The notes: generated from the letters alone by a model not told the origin. Numbered from the stretch's first letter, positions 1-13,175 are shown. The stretch: 64,000 nt of DNA from Acidimicrobiia bacterium (GCA_965203555.1 CBDBCY010000004.1:736001-800000); one strand, 5' to 3'. A program made the numbers and translations.

Positions 1-282
1 AGCTTCCTCCGCCCGCTCCAGAAAAACCTCCCGGTTGGGAGCATCCCTCACGGCCGAAGTCGCTACCGCCCGCTTGTACGTCGCCTCATGTGCGGAAATC
101 AACTTCCCATAACGTCGCAAGGCGTCCAGCGTACGGGCCATGGAGTCCTCGGTAAGCCTCCCATGCTCTCGCAGGCCTCTACCCAACCCGGTAACGGTTT
201 GCCAGCGCCCCACCTCCCCCTCCGCAGAGACCAGCAGCAACCGTACGGAATTGGTGCCGATGTCCACCGCCGCCTTCATCAT
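1..282 (-). CDS. ppx: Ppx/GppA family exopolyphosphatase, 5' part only (runs off the window)
   Basis: My translation MMKAAVDIGTNSVRLLLV...AVATSAVRDAPNREVFL contains the DIGTNS and ATSAVRDA motifs; ATGA overlap with the DUF501 stop; usual actinobacterial gene order. Confidence 0.9.
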   Translation of the reverse strand, partial: MMKAAVDIGTNSVRLLLVSAEGEVGRWQTVTGLGRGLREHGRLTEDSMARTLDALRRYGKLISAHEATYKRAVATSAVRDAPNREVFLERAEEA

Positions 283-817
283 GGCGCTCTCCACTCAGGG
301 TTCAAGGCCGGACCGCCCCGAAGGTATGTTACGCAGGGAACCGGGCAATCCAACGGCTCGACCTGGGGGGCCACCCACTCCCCCACCGGGTTGTCGTTCC
401 CCGTCCGATGATCCGCATAGTGGGCATGAAGACACTTCACTCCTTTGCGGGACCCCGCCACCCCACCCGACGGCTTGTGACGGGCGGTGGGAAGCAGGTC
501 GGAGTCGCGCCGGGCCGCGTACCGGTGATGAGCAGCCTCCAACCGTCGGGCGAAATCCTCATCATGCGCGGACCGAGCGTCCATCCTCTTCACTCCTCCG
601 GCGGCTTCGACCCTGGAGATTCTCTTGACAGCGAGAGGGCAGGTCAACCAGTAAAGGGTCGGAAAGGGAGTGCCGTCTTCCAGAATCGGCGGGGTCTTCA
701 CCACCACCGGCAAGCCCAGATGGCACCTGGATTCCACTGTCGAGTCTGACCGGGGCGGTCTGCCGATTTGCAGTGCAACCACCCGTCGGTTGTCCGTATG
801 TCGGGGATCGGAGTCCA

Positions 818-818
<1 letters not shown>
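279..818 (-). CDS. DUF501 family protein
   Basis: DGTPFPTLYWLTCP and GVKCLHAHYA motifs; lies between ftsB and ppx. Confidence 0.9.
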
Positions 819-2670
<1,852 letters not shown>

Positions 2671-2898
2671 TCACCACGCCGGCCACCATCCGGCGAAGCC
2701 TCGTAGGCGCGTGGACGACCACATTCACCGGAGTGTGCCATTTCTTGGATCCGGGCAGAATGCTCCAGCCACCACAGCCCCACCGAAACATCGGATCCGA
2801 CTCTCCGCGCACCTGGGTGGACCGAAGGCGCAAAAGTATTGGACTTGCCGGATTGAGTCCTGGATGTCCAGCGGAAACCGCCGCAGATCGTGATCTCC

Positions 2899-4404
2899 TC
2901 AAGCCTGCAGTTCCTTGGCGCGTTCCCAGCGTTCTTCCAGTTGGTCACCGCTCAGTCCCTCCAAGGGACCCTCCCTTTCCATCGCCTGGAAGCGATCGCA
3001 GAACTTGGCGATAGCCTGCCGGAGGGCAATCTCGGGATCCACCTCCAGGTGCCGCGCCAGATTGACGCATGCAAACAGCAGGTCGCCCAACTCGGTCCGA
3101 GCAGATTCGGGATCAGAAAGCGCCTCCCGCAATTCCTCCAACTCCTCCGCCACCTTCTCGACCACCGGCGCCGTCTCCGTCCAGTCGAATCCCACCTGCG
3201 CGGCGCGGCGCTGGATCTTGGCTGCCCGGGCCAGGGCGGGCATGGAAAGCGGCACCCCGTCCAGGAGGGACTGGTCCATCCCGGGGGGCTTTTCCTGCTT
3301 CTTGATCCGCTCCCAGTTGGCTTTCACCTGCTCGGCGCTGTCCACCACCACATCGGCAAAGACATGGGGGTGCCGGCGCACCAACTTGCGGCGCAGACCC
3401 TCAGCGACATCTTCCACGTCAAATATCCCCGATTCCCGGGCAATTACGGAATGGAACAGGACCTGCAGCAGCACGTCTCCCAACTCTTCCGACACCTCGG
3501 CCAGGACCACCCAGTCGGGCTGGCAGTCGAGGCTCGGCGCTCCCTGGGCCCCGGCGTCCCGAGGTAGAGACCCCAGCGCCTCGACCAGTTCGTAGGTCTC
3601 TTCCAGCAGGTTTTTGATCAGACTGTGGTGAGTCTGGCGCCGATCCCACGGGCACTCGGAACGCAACCGCTCCATCACCGCCACCGCTCCCGCCAGACCC
3701 ACGGGAGGAGCATCCACGTAAATCGAGGTGCGCGGACCGGCCAGATCGGGATCCACCTTGCCCGGTTCCGACCTCACCGCCCTGGAATCCGGTCCACCCA
3801 GGTCGATCAGTACCGTCACCTTCCTACCTTCCGGCAACAGTCGGGACAGGACCGCACAGAAGTCCGCCAGGCCCACGGGCGTATCGAGGGCCGCCACCAG
3901 GGTGGGGCCTCGCAGCAACAGCGGAGAGGGAAGTCGATGGGCGTTCCACACCGTCAGGCCTTCCTCGAGAGGGTCCACTCCCAACTCGGCCAGGGCCACG
4001 TCCACAAAGGACTCGGCAGGATGGATGACCGTGTCCATCCCATTCTCCGCTGCCGAGGAACGGATCATGGGAACCGCCCGCTCTCCGATCAGCGGACTTC
4101 CGGGGGTGGCGTAGACCACCGGCCCCGACCGGGCCGCCTCCACCACGCGGGCGGCTATCGCTTCATAGACCGACTCGAATTCCTCGCCCTTCGCATAAAG
4201 GTCGTCACAGTGGACTACCGCTCGCTGCGCGGCCAACTCCACCGCGGCGGGATGATCCATGGTACGGACTATCACCTGGCGTCGCGGGTCGGTGAGCAGC
4301 GCCATGGCCGATCGGGGAACCCGGTCCAGGCCTGCGGGCCCCAACCCCACGACCGCCAGATTCAGGCGGGAGGAAGAATCCGTGGATTCGGATCGGTCGT
4401 CCAT
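2899..4404 (-). CDS. mazG: YabN-type tetrapyrrole methylase / MazG nucleotide pyrophosphohydrolase fusion
   Basis: N-terminal VVGLGPAG...PGSP methylase-like domain; CPWDRRQTH, EELGDVLLQ, RRHPHVF and ELGDLLF MazG motifs; start uncertain. Confidence 0.92.
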   Translation of the reverse strand: MDDRSESTDSSSRLNLAVVGLGPAGLDRVPRSAMALLTDPRRQVIVRTMDHPAAVELAAQRAVVHCDDLYAKGEEFESVYEAIAARVVEAARSGPVVYATPGSPLIGERAVPMIRSSAAENGMDTVIHPAESFVDVALAELGVDPLEEGLTVWNAHRLPSPLLLRGPTLVAALDTPVGLADFCAVLSRLLPEGRKVTVLIDLGGPDSRAVRSEPGKVDPDLAGPRTSIYVDAPPVGLAGAVAVMERLRSECPWDRRQTHHSLIKNLLEETYELVEALGSLPRDAGAQGAPSLDCQPDWVVLAEVSEELGDVLLQVLFHSVIARESGIFDVEDVAEGLRRKLVRRHPHVFADVVVDSAEQVKANWERIKKQEKPPGMDQSLLDGVPLSMPALARAAKIQRRAAQVGFDWTETAPVVEKVAEELEELREALSDPESARTELGDLLFACVNLARHLEVDPEIALRQAIAKFCDRFQAMEREGPLEGLSGDQLEERWERAKELQA

Positions 4405-5324
4405 GTCCCGTACCGGGGCTCGATGTGCACCTCCGACTCGGAGGACACCCGGAGGAACCATTCCTCGATGACCGTATTGCGCTGGCGTTGGACGTTTCCG
4501 GAACGAATCCCCGCCTCGTGGTCGGCCAACCGAGGATCGGTCCGATCGGTCACCAGGATCACATGATGACCGAACTGAGATTCCACCGGACCGAAAGGAA
4601 CCATCAACTCAGCCCTGACGATTGCTTCTCCGTACTCTTCGACGAACGTGCCGGCAGGCAGGCACCCCAGATCTCCTCCGGTCTCCGAAGCGCTCGGCTC
4701 GATCGAAAGCTCCCTGGCCAGTTCGTTCATCGACTCTCCGGCCAGCGCTCTTTCCAAAACCGCTTCGGCTTCATCCCTGGTTTCCAGCAGCACATGGGTA
4801 GTGCAGACACTCTCGGTCAGCCGCACCCGGCTGGTCTCGAAGACCTCCTGGACTTCCTCGGCGGTCATCTCCGGAAGGTCCTGTAGCAACTGGTCACCGA
4901 GGGCGTTTATCACTGCCCGTTGTACGGCGACCAACCTCACCCGCTCGTCGGTGATTCCCTGCTCCTCCAAGAAAGCGTCGTAGTCCGGACTCTGCACCGC
5001 CACCTGGTCCCTCAGGATCTGATACTCATCCTCCGCGGCGCTTAGGTGAGGTTCCTGCTCAGGATCGATACCAAACTCCTCCAGCGCCTTGGTGAGAACC
5101 AGGCGGGTGATCACCATGCTCAACAGCCGATCCTCAAAGGCCACCCGATCCACCACCTCACCCTCCTCGGGCGCCGTCTCCTCGATTTCGTCCATGTAAA
5201 TGTCAACTCCATTGACCGTGGCCACCAGGTCTCCCTGGCCGGAGCAGGCGCCGGTCGCCAGAAGAACGGTCAGGCAAAGAAGCCCGAGGATGCGTCTGTA
5301 TCCCGAAGAAGTAGTCAAATCCAT
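4362..5324 (-). CDS. PrsA/SurA-like parvulin peptidyl-prolyl isomerase lipoprotein
   Basis: Lipobox-like TGAC, VATVNG, HVLL, GGDLG, SQFGHHVI; downstream of mfd. Confidence 0.88.
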   Translation of the reverse strand: MDLTTSSGYRRILGLLCLTVLLATGACSGQGDLVATVNGVDIYMDEIEETAPEEGEVVDRVAFEDRLLSMVITRLVLTKALEEFGIDPEQEPHLSAAEDEYQILRDQVAVQSPDYDAFLEEQGITDERVRLVAVQRAVINALGDQLLQDLPEMTAEEVQEVFETSRVRLTESVCTTHVLLETRDEAEAVLERALAGESMNELARELSIEPSASETGGDLGCLPAGTFVEEYGEAIVRAELMVPFGPVESQFGHHVILVTDRTDPRLADHEAGIRSGNVQRQRNTVIEEWFLRVSSESEVHIEPRYGTWTTDPNPRILPPA

Positions 5325-5327
5325 CCT

Positions 5328-8300
5328 CTAATAGGGTATAACGTCGGCGGAGCCCTTTCGCCGCATGGCGTTCTGATCATCCGGCGGCCACATCCGGCGC
5401 ATGAATTGCAGCACCCCCGCCAGGATCGGACGGGGGGCGGGGATGAACAGCAGCCCCGTATTCGACTGGTAGAAGGACCCCGGCGCCAGGCGCTGCGCTC
5501 TTACCCGCTGAGACTCCCTCAGGCTCACCCCCGACAGCCGCACCTCCCCCCGAACGGCCATAACTTCACTGATCCCCACCCTGAGGCACTCCACCCGCAA
5601 CGCCGCAATTGCGGCCAACGTTTCGGCCTGGGGAGGCAACGGGCCGTAGCGATCCACCCAACCTTCCACCACCTCCTCCACCTGCCGGTGGGTGACGGAC
5701 GAGGCCAGCCGGCGGTATGCCTCCAGTCGCAGCGCCTGTTCGGCTACGTAGTGGTCCGGCAGGTGGGCGTCAACGGCCAGATCGATCCTCACCGACGGCG
5801 TATCCGAATCAACCGCAACGGGCCTGCCTTCCAATTCTCCCACCGCTTCGGCCACCAGTTCGGTGTAAAGATCCAACCCCACCGCCTGCAGATGACCCGA
5901 CTGGACCCTGCTGAGTATCGACCCCGCTCCCCTGATCTCCAAGTCCCGGAAGGCGACATCGAACCCGGCGCCAAAGTCGGTGGCCAGACCGATGGCCTGG
6001 AGCCGGCGGTGAGCAGACTCGGACAGCACCCGGTCGACCGGATGGAACAGGTAGGCGTAGGCGCGGTGGTGCGACCTTCCCACTCTGCCCCGGAGCTGAT
6101 AGAGCTGGGCAAGCCCGATCCGGTCGGCCCGTTCCACGATCAGGGTGTTGACCTGGGGCAGGTCAAGCCCCGACTCGATGATGGTGGTGGAGACCAAGAC
6201 GTCGTAGCGACGGTTCCAGTAGTCGATCATCACCTGTTCCAACTGGGCCTCTGACATCTGTCCGTGAGCCACCGCCAACCGGGCGCGGGGAACCAGGTCG
6301 GCCAGTCGGGCCACCGCGTGATCAATGGAAAGCACCCGGTTGTGAACGTAGAAGACCTGGCCCTCCCGCAGCAACTCGCGGCGGATGGCCATCGACACCG
6401 TTTGCTCGTCGTAGGGCCCCACGTAGGTGAGGATGGGGCGGCGACCCCGGGGCGGGACCCGGATGTGGGAGACATCCCGGATTCCGGTCAACGCCATCTC
6501 CAGGGTGCGAGGAATGGGAGTGGCGGTAAGAGTCAGGACATCCACTCCCACTTTCATGTGTCGCAAGGCATCCTTGGCAGCCACCCCGAATCGCTGTTCC
6601 TCGTCCACCACCAGCAACCCCAGGTCGCGGAACCGGACATCCCTGGACAGCAGCCGGTGGGTCCCGATCACCACGTCCACTTCCCCCGACGCCAGCCTGG
6701 CAACCACCTTGCGGGCCTGACCGGGAGTGAGAAAACGGGAGAGCACCGCCACTTCCGCTCCGTGGGGTGATAGCCGGTCCGAGAAAGTTTGGTGATGCTG
6801 CTGTGCCAGAATGGTGGTGGGACACAGCACCGCCACCTGCTTTCGGTCCATAACCGCTTTGAATGCCGCCCGCACCGCCACCTCGGTCTTACCGAACCCC
6901 ACATCGCCGAAGATCAACCTGTCCATCGGCCGGTCCGACTCCATGTCCGCCTTGACGTCGCGGATCGCTTTCACCTGGTCGGAGGTCTCCTCGTAGGGAA
7001 AGGCTGCCTCCAGTTCCTGCTGCCACGGAGTGTCGGGGGAAAAGGAGTACCCTGCCGCCGCCGAGCGGGCCCGGTGCAGGGACACCACCTCCTCGGCCAC
7101 CAATTGCACTTCGTTTCTCACCCTTTCCCGGGTGGCAGCCCAGTCCTTGCCTCCCATCCGGGACAACCGGGGCGCCTCCCCTCCCGTGTAGCGGGTGATC
7201 AGAGAAAGCTGGTCGACCGGAACGTAGAGACGGTCTCCACCGGCATACGCCACCAGCAGATAGTCCCTCTCCACCCCGGCCATGGACTCCGAGACGAGGC
7301 CTTCGAATCTTCCGATCCCGTGCTGGTAGTGGACAACGTAGTCTCCCGGAGAAAGGTCACGGGTCCCGACCGCGCTCTTCCGGCCTCTCCGGGGAGCGCG
7401 ATGGGCCCGGTGTCGTCCGGCCAACTCCCGCTCGCCCACCACCGCCACCGATGGGGACTCCAGGACAAAGCCCCGACGGATACCTCGTGGGACAATCGCT
7501 GATCCTTCATCGGCCAAGCGTTCCCGGCGCGGGATGGCCATGCCTTCTTCCGCCAGCACCCCGGCCCACCGGTCGGCGGCGGCCGCGCCCTCTATCGCCA
7601 CCACCACTTTCACTTCTTCGGAACGAAGCCGGGCAAGTGCGGCGGCGATCGCAGGTCCGTCTCCCGCCGCGGCGGCGAGGCGCCGCACCTCCAACACGTC
7701 ATCGAAAGGACCCATCGGAACCGAGGGCATTTCCAGAACAGGACGGTTGGACAGCGCATCCTCGAGCGACTGGTACAGCCGAGGATTCCCCGCCGCCATC
7801 CGGGGCGCCTCCGACCAAGTTTCGGAGAGTTCCCCGGCCAATTCCTCCTCCTCGGACAAAAGAGTGCGGGAGCGACCGATGGAGCGGGGAGGATCAGTCA
7901 CCACCACCAGGGCATCGGAATCCAGGTCGTCCAAGAGACACCGGGCGGGGGCAACCCAGGGCATCCATGATTCCATGCCCTCGAATATCTCCTGCTGCGC
8001 CAGGCGTTCCCAGCGGTCGGCGCCCCACGGGTAGTCAGACATAAGTTCCCGTGCCTTGGCAACTACCCGGGGATCGGGACGAAACTCCCGGGCCGGGTAG
8101 AACACCGCTTCATCGCCATACTCATCGGAACGCTGGGTGGAGGGAGAAAAGAACCTGATCTCCTCGATCTCGTCCCCCCAGAAGTCGAGGCGGGTCGGTC
8201 GACCGGCGGCCGCCGGGTATACGTCGACGATCCCGCCCCGGACCGCCATCTCCCCCGGCGCCTCCACTCTGACCACCCTTTCGAAACCCGAAGCGGCCAA

Positions 8301-8738
8301 GCTGCCGACCACCTCCTGAAGGGGGATGGATTGGCCCCGCCGGACAACTAGCGGGGCCGGGTCGGAAGGACTGAGGCGTTGGGTCACGGCCCGGACCGAG
8401 GCCACCACTGCCAGCCCGGGCGCCGGGTCGGCCACCGCGTTCACCGCGCGGCAGCGATGCGCCATGGTCGACTGGTTGGGAGAGAGACGTTCGAACGGAA
8501 GGGTCTCCCAGGCCGGGAGCAAGATCACCTCGTCGCAGAAGAGCGACATGTCTTCGGCCAGTTCTTCGGCTTCCCGCTCTTCGGCAACCACCACCACCAG
8601 CGGGCCTTCGCTTCTTCGCGCCAGCGCCGACAGCGCTATGGCGCGCCCCTCCGGAGCCACCGCCCAGCGCCCCGGGGGTGCCGGGAAGCGGGCCGGAAGC
8701 CATCTGTCCACAAGAACCGAAAGCGGTGGTGAGGCCAA
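5328..8738 (-). CDS. mfd: Transcription-repair coupling factor
   Basis: [12 protein letters not shown] (RID), [35 protein letters not shown]. Confidence 0.98.
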   Translation of the reverse strand: MASPPLSVLVDRWLPARFPAPPGRWAVAPEGRAIALSALARRSEGPLVVVVAEEREAEELAEDMSLFCDEVILLPAWETLPFERLSPNQSTMAHRCRAVNAVADPAPGLAVVASVRAVTQRLSPSDPAPLVVRRGQSIPLQEVVGSLAASGFERVVRVEAPGEMAVRGGIVDVYPAAAGRPTRLDFWGDEIEEIRFFSPSTQRSDEYGDEAVFYPAREFRPDPRVVAKARELMSDYPWGADRWERLAQQEIFEGMESWMPWVAPARCLLDDLDSDALVVVTDPPRSIGRSRTLLSEEEELAGELSETWSEAPRMAAGNPRLYQSLEDALSNRPVLEMPSVPMGPFDDVLEVRRLAAAAGDGPAIAAALARLRSEEVKVVVAIEGAAAADRWAGVLAEEGMAIPRRERLADEGSAIVPRGIRRGFVLESPSVAVVGERELAGRHRAHRAPRRGRKSAVGTRDLSPGDYVVHYQHGIGRFEGLVSESMAGVERDYLLVAYAGGDRLYVPVDQLSLITRYTGGEAPRLSRMGGKDWAATRERVRNEVQLVAEEVVSLHRARSAAAGYSFSPDTPWQQELEAAFPYEETSDQVKAIRDVKADMESDRPMDRLIFGDVGFGKTEVAVRAAFKAVMDRKQVAVLCPTTILAQQHHQTFSDRLSPHGAEVAVLSRFLTPGQARKVVARLASGEVDVVIGTHRLLSRDVRFRDLGLLVVDEEQRFGVAAKDALRHMKVGVDVLTLTATPIPRTLEMALTGIRDVSHIRVPPRGRRPILTYVGPYDEQTVSMAIRRELLREGQVFYVHNRVLSIDHAVARLADLVPRARLAVAHGQMSEAQLEQVMIDYWNRRYDVLVSTTIIESGLDLPQVNTLIVERADRIGLAQLYQLRGRVGRSHHRAYAYLFHPVDRVLSESAHRRLQAIGLATDFGAGFDVAFRDLEIRGAGSILSRVQSGHLQAVGLDLYTELVAEAVGELEGRPVAVDSDTPSVRIDLAVDAHLPDHYVAEQALRLEAYRRLASSVTHRQVEEVVEGWVDRYGPLPPQAETLAAIAALRVECLRVGISEVMAVRGEVRLSGVSLRESQRVRAQRLAPGSFYQSNTGLLFIPAPRPILAGVLQFMRRMWPPDDQNAMRRKGSADVIPY

Positions 8739-8923
8739 GCCCCAAGAATGTTAGAGGGTTTGCGACCGAGCTCTACCCGGCCGGCGAGACGGCAGTGATT
8801 CAATTTCGATACACCAGATCTCGTCGCCTCGCTGAAGGTAGTTGATCGGGGATATCACCGGTTGGCTGTTGAAAGGCCGGTGGGCGGCCACCATCTCATC
8901 CTGAATCTTCTACCCTGCGGAGA

Positions 8924-9136
8924 ATGTTGGGCAAAATGCTTCCCCCCCTGATTTTGGGGCTCCTCACGGTCCTGTTCCTCCTCGCGGTGGTACGACCGAT
9001 GCTCATGCTGTGGTTGATGCTGATATTCGGCGGGCTGGGCGCCTTCGCGATTTTGGGCGCCCACGCGATTTGGGGCTATGAGATAGCGCTTTGGGTCCAG
9101 GATGTCCTCACGCTGTTCGGACGCAAACGAAAATGA
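8924..9136 (+). CDS. Small hydrophobic membrane protein (70 aa)
   Basis: Two long hydrophobic stretches, basic C-terminus RKRK; TACCCT-N7-ATG promoter-like signature at 8911-8916. Confidence 0.55.
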   Translation: MLGKMLPPLILGLLTVLFLLAVVRPMLMLWLMLIFGGLGAFAILGAHAIWGYEIALWVQDVLTLFGRKRK

Positions 9137-9433
9137 AAACGCAGGCTGGTGTGGCCGGGTGCCCTCCTTTTCGCAGGCCCACCAGCCTTTACCCCCCAAA
9201 CCGAGTCGACTATCGGCGAGACCGAGAAACCAACCCCTATCCCGCGAAAACCCGGGCCGTCTTTTCTCTCTTCGGGCCCCTCCCCCGCCGCCAACCAACC
9301 AGGGACCGAGCGCGAACCGACCGGTCCCGCCGGGAGACCCGCGTCCGAAAGAAATATGACCCCTCTGTCCACAAGAAGCGCCTGTGCGGCCCGTGCGACG
9401 TCGGAACGGACCGGGAGGTGTTGCGACCCTCTC

Positions 9434-9463
9434 AATGTGTCTTCGGACCTGTGACAGTGTCAA
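9434..9463 (-). promoter_or_regulatory. Sigma70-type promoter with no obvious downstream CDS
   Basis: Minus strand TTGACA (9463-9458), 18-nt spacer, CACATT (9439-9434). Confidence 0.4.
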
Positions 9464-9532
9464 CCCCTGTGCCCCTCGTTTTTTCGCGATCCGCCCCGAT
9501 ATCAAAGTCCCGGTCAGAGCAGAACAGTTAGA

Positions 9533-10510
9533 TCAGGATGACGCGATCAAACCCTCCTTGCGATACCAGGCAACCAGCTTTTGCAGGAAATCCTCAGGCC
9601 CGATGTAGGACATTCCCAGTTCCCGTACGGCCCGGCGCCCGTCGTAGCGGTGGCCATGGCTGATGGTTCGCACGTTCTCCCGGCAGAAGGGAGGGCGGCG
9701 TCCACGGAGTCTCCAAATCCCCTCGATGGTCGCTCCGGCGGCGTACGCCACCGGTTTCGGCAGGTACCTGACCCGCAGAGGACGGTCCAATTGCTTCTCC
9801 AGGATCTGCACCGCCTGGCGGATGCGCAGGCTGAAAGAGTTGAGCACATAGCGGCGCCCCGGCGCCCCTCGGGAGGCCGCCAGCAGATGCCCTCGCGCGC
9901 AGTCGTCGATGTCCACGATGCTCGCCCATGTGTCGACCATCACGGGAAGCTTTCCATTGACCAGGTCCAGGATGAGTTTCCCGGTCCCGGTCACACGTCC
10001 CGGTCCCTGCACGGAGGAAGGATTGACGATCACCAACTCCATGTCCCCGGCTTCAGTCACCACCGCCTGCTCGCCCAGGTGCTTGGAGCGGTCGTAATGG
10101 GAGAGGTAGTGACCGCGGTGGGTCGACTTTTCGTTGCCTATCTCCCCCCGGCGTTCACCCAGTACGGCGGCCGAGGACGTGAACACCATCCGGCGAACAC
10201 CCGACCGGCGAGCGGCGCGAACCACATTCACCGCCCCGGCCACATTTACTTCCTCCAATCTTTCCGGTCTTCTGGGACACATCAGATTGAGGCCGGCAAT
10301 GTGATACACCAGGTCGACACCGTTGGTGGCTTCGGGCAGGGAGGCCGGATCGGTGATGTCGCCCATCACCGGCGTGGCGCCCCAACGAGATACATGAACC
10401 GCGCCCTGATCAGACCTGACCAGCGCTCTGAGTTCGCCCCCCTGTTCCGAGAGATGGCGGAGAACAGCCGTGCCGACCACGCCGGTGGCGCCGGTTATGA
10501 GAGTTGTCAC
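9533..10510 (-). CDS. NAD-dependent epimerase/dehydratase (dihydroflavonol reductase/HpnA-like extended SDR)
   Basis: TGATGVVG Rossmann motif, FTSSAA, YDRSK catalytic motif; GTG start chosen. Confidence 0.88.
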   Translation of the reverse strand: MTTLITGATGVVGTAVLRHLSEQGGELRALVRSDQGAVHVSRWGATPVMGDITDPASLPEATNGVDLVYHIAGLNLMCPRRPERLEEVNVAGAVNVVRAARRSGVRRMVFTSSAAVLGERRGEIGNEKSTHRGHYLSHYDRSKHLGEQAVVTEAGDMELVIVNPSSVQGPGRVTGTGKLILDLVNGKLPVMVDTWASIVDIDDCARGHLLAASRGAPGRRYVLNSFSLRIRQAVQILEKQLDRPLRVRYLPKPVAYAAGATIEGIWRLRGRRPPFCRENVRTISHGHRYDGRRAVRELGMSYIGPEDFLQKLVAWYRKEGLIASS

Positions 10511-10523
10511 GATGCGCCGCCGC

Positions 10524-11096
10524 TCAAGCGGGCGCCTTCCCACTCACCGTGCTCCAATAGCCAACCAGATAATTCCAGCCCGAACCGATGGTGAGGATCA
10601 CCGCCACCCACATTACCCACTGATCAAGATACAGTATCCCCCACGGCTCGGGAAGCCTCATCATGGCCAGCGCAATGGCCGCGAACTGCGCCGTGGTCTT
10701 GATCTTCCCCCACATGGAGGGCTTGATGAAGCCTCCGCTAACCGCCACCATTCCTCGAAGCGCCATCACAATGAATTCCCGCATCATGATCGCCAGCGCC
10801 GCCCAGACCGACACCCGGGAGACCGAAACCAGCGCCAACAGCGTAGCGGTCACCAACAACTTGTCGGCGGTGGTGTCCAGGAAGCCGCCCAGCACCGACA
10901 CACTGTTCAGCCGCCGCGCCAGGTACCCGTCCAGAAAATCGGTGAACGCTGCCACCAGGAACAGACCGAAAGCCCAGCCAAAAGCGTGCTCGAGCCGGTC
11001 GTGCGCCCTGATAACGGCGATAATGACCGGGGCCAACACCACCCGCGCCAAGGCCATCATGTCGGGAATAGTGATGGTGATGAGTCTGCTCCTCAA
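10524..11096 (-). CDS. pgsA: CDP-diacylglycerol--glycerol-3-phosphate 3-phosphatidyltransferase
   Basis: DFLDGYLARR...GGFLDTTADK CDP-alcohol phosphotransferase motif; GKIKTTAQ. Confidence 0.92.
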   Translation of the reverse strand: MRSRLITITIPDMMALARVVLAPVIIAVIRAHDRLEHAFGWAFGLFLVAAFTDFLDGYLARRLNSVSVLGGFLDTTADKLLVTATLLALVSVSRVSVWAALAIMMREFIVMALRGMVAVSGGFIKPSMWGKIKTTAQFAAIALAMMRLPEPWGILYLDQWVMWVAVILTIGSGWNYLVGYWSTVSGKAPA

Positions 11097-11267
11097 TCGT
11101 CCGATCGCGACTGCTCGCCGATTCTACCCTGTCCCGCAACATCCGTATTCCAAACCTGCCCCGTTGTGCCGAGTGTCGCCCCAAAAACATTCCTTTCAAA
11201 GCCCTTACCCAACCCTGAGGGCGGGTCTTATTCCCCCGCGTTCCCACCTCAACTATGCTTCATCCCT

Positions 11268-13175
11268 TTGGAGAAAAGGAACATCCTGGCCACGTTGCGG
11301 GGGCTCGTCGTCCTAACCGGCTTGTTGACAGCTGTCCTGCCTGTTCCCGCGAGTGCCCTGTCACTGACCGACCGGGTGGTTTTGCAGTCGGCCGATCCCG
11401 ATCCCTATGCGGCCGACCCGCTGGGACTGGTCGCCAACTACGGACTTACGTCGTTTCGAGGAACCGCGCCTGACCGGTTCGAAGTATGGGTGTGCGACGG
11501 GGTTCATGGCGCCCTCGACCTTACGCCCGAGAACGTAACGGGACTTCTGAACAGCGAGCTACCCCCGTATTTTTCCTGGGTTTCAGAGGGTCGATATGCC
11601 TTGTCGTTCGTTCCTGGAGGGTCTGTTCGAGCCAACAATCAACAAGACTGTTTGGCTTCGGTCAGCAATCGCTCGACAGGCGGGAACCATGCAGCGATTG
11701 TTGTTTCCACGCTGCATATTGATGATGCTTCCAACATATGGTCTTGGGGTGGGCCTGGCTCCTATTGTTGGGACGGTGTTTCCATCAAGTGGTGTAATGA
11801 CTTTTACCCTGACAACGGTCGGGAGGTTTGGATGGGATGGTTTACTGACGTAGGCGTTCGGTGGTCTCCCATTGCTCTGTCCTCTATCGAGAATGGGATA
11901 GGTTCACTTGATAACCTTCATGCTCTGGGATTGATGAAAACCGTCGCCCATGAGATCGGGCATACGCTCAGTTGGCCGCATTCCTTCACTGGCGAAACCG
12001 TGAATGACAATGGTGCGATAGACGAGTACGACAATCCCATGGATGTGATGAGCAGAGGGCCAACCGCAAAGTACGAGGATAATAGAGGATGGTCTACCCA
12101 TCCGGTTCTGGCGGGCACTCATGTCTTGAATCGTTATGCGGCTGGCTGGGTTCAGCCCAACCAAGTAGAGTTTCATCCTTGGGATTATGTGTCGCTGCAT
12201 GCAATAAACCCGGTTGGTTCACCCGGTACTCAGATGGTGATAATGGAATGGTCTCCGGGAGTGTTTCATTCCGTAGGAGTTCGAGTTCAGGAGTCATACG
12301 ATTCTCTCATCCAGAAAGAAGGCGTCGAAGTCTACCTAATCGACCAATCCGCCGCTCAGTGCGACAACCCCTACGAAGGTACCTGCTGGGGTTTAGACAG
12401 ACGAACAAAACCGGCCCTTTCAGAAGAAGACAACCCAGTGATTCACGTTCTAGGTCTCGAAGAATGGATTTACTGGGGGGACAGCGAAACCGATCCGGAC
12501 CGATACGAACTCAAAGTGATAGAACGGTACGGAGATACTTTCATAATCGAGATAGCCCCAGGCGATGACTACCAGACTTTCACCGACGTACCCTACGACG
12601 ATTTCTATTATGTTCCGGTGAGGTGGGCTCAATCACGGGGGATAACTACCGGTGTCGGTGATGGGCTGTTCGGGGTTCGGTCAGGTTTGAAACGAGAAGA
12701 AATGATAACTTTCCTGTGCCGAGCCTACGCACCCGACGAGTGCACAAAGGACCAGTACGACGGTAGCGGCTACTTCACCGACGTCCCAGACAACCACTGG
12801 GCCGACATCCCGATCGGCTGGGCTTTCGAAAATCACATCACCAGTGGAGTCGGGAACGGCCTCTTCGGGATGGGCCAGACCCTTACCAGAGAACAAACCA
12901 TGGCATTCCTTTACCGTGCGGAAGGAGAACCATCCACCGGCACCCTGGGCAAAGACCTTTATGACGACGTTCCCGGCGACGCCGACGCCTGGTACCAGGC
13001 ACCTATAGGTTGGGCCTACAACCAAGGAATAACAGGCGGAACGGCAACCAGAACATTCGGTTTCCGATCCACGCCCTCGAGGGAAGAAACCATGCTATTC
13101 ATGTGCCGCACCCTTGACCCGGCGATCTGCCCACCATCCAAAGAGCCGGTTACGCCGACCATAGGAAAAAGCTAG
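11268..13175 (+). CDS. Secreted zinc metalloprotease with three C-terminal SLH domains
   Basis: Signal peptide (...PVPASA), HEIGHTLSWPH zinc motif, DNPMDVMS Met-turn, three F/YxDVP...GITxG...REE repeats; TTG start after TATGCT-N8. Confidence 0.8.
   Translation: MEKRNILATLRGLVVLTGLLTAVLPVPASALSLTDRVVLQSADPDPYAADPLGLVANYGLTSFRGTAPDRFEVWVCDGVHGALDLTPENVTGLLNSELPPYFSWVSEGRYALSFVPGGSVRANNQQDCLASVSNRSTGGNHAAIVVSTLHIDDASNIWSWGGPGSYCWDGVSIKWCNDFYPDNGREVWMGWFTDVGVRWSPIALSSIENGIGSLDNLHALGLMKTVAHEIGHTLSWPHSFTGETVNDNGAIDEYDNPMDVMSRGPTAKYEDNRGWSTHPVLAGTHVLNRYAAGWVQPNQVEFHPWDYVSLHAINPVGSPGTQMVIMEWSPGVFHSVGVRVQESYDSLIQKEGVEVYLIDQSAAQCDNPYEGTCWGLDRRTKPALSEEDNPVIHVLGLEEWIYWGDSETDPDRYELKVIERYGDTFIIEIAPGDDYQTFTDVPYDDFYYVPVRWAQSRGITTGVGDGLFGVRSGLKREEMITFLCRAYAPDECTKDQYDGSGYFTDVPDNHWADIPIGWAFENHITSGVGNGLFGMGQTLTREQTMAFLYRAEGEPSTGTLGKDLYDDVPGDADAWYQAPIGWAYNQGITGGTATRTFGFRSTPSREETMLFMCRTLDPAICPPSKEPVTPTIGKS

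Noticed and set aside
10470-11267. N-terminal 266 aa of the 901-aa ORF
   Set aside because: Overlaps pgsA on the opposite strand; the signal peptide and -10 element point to a start at 11268
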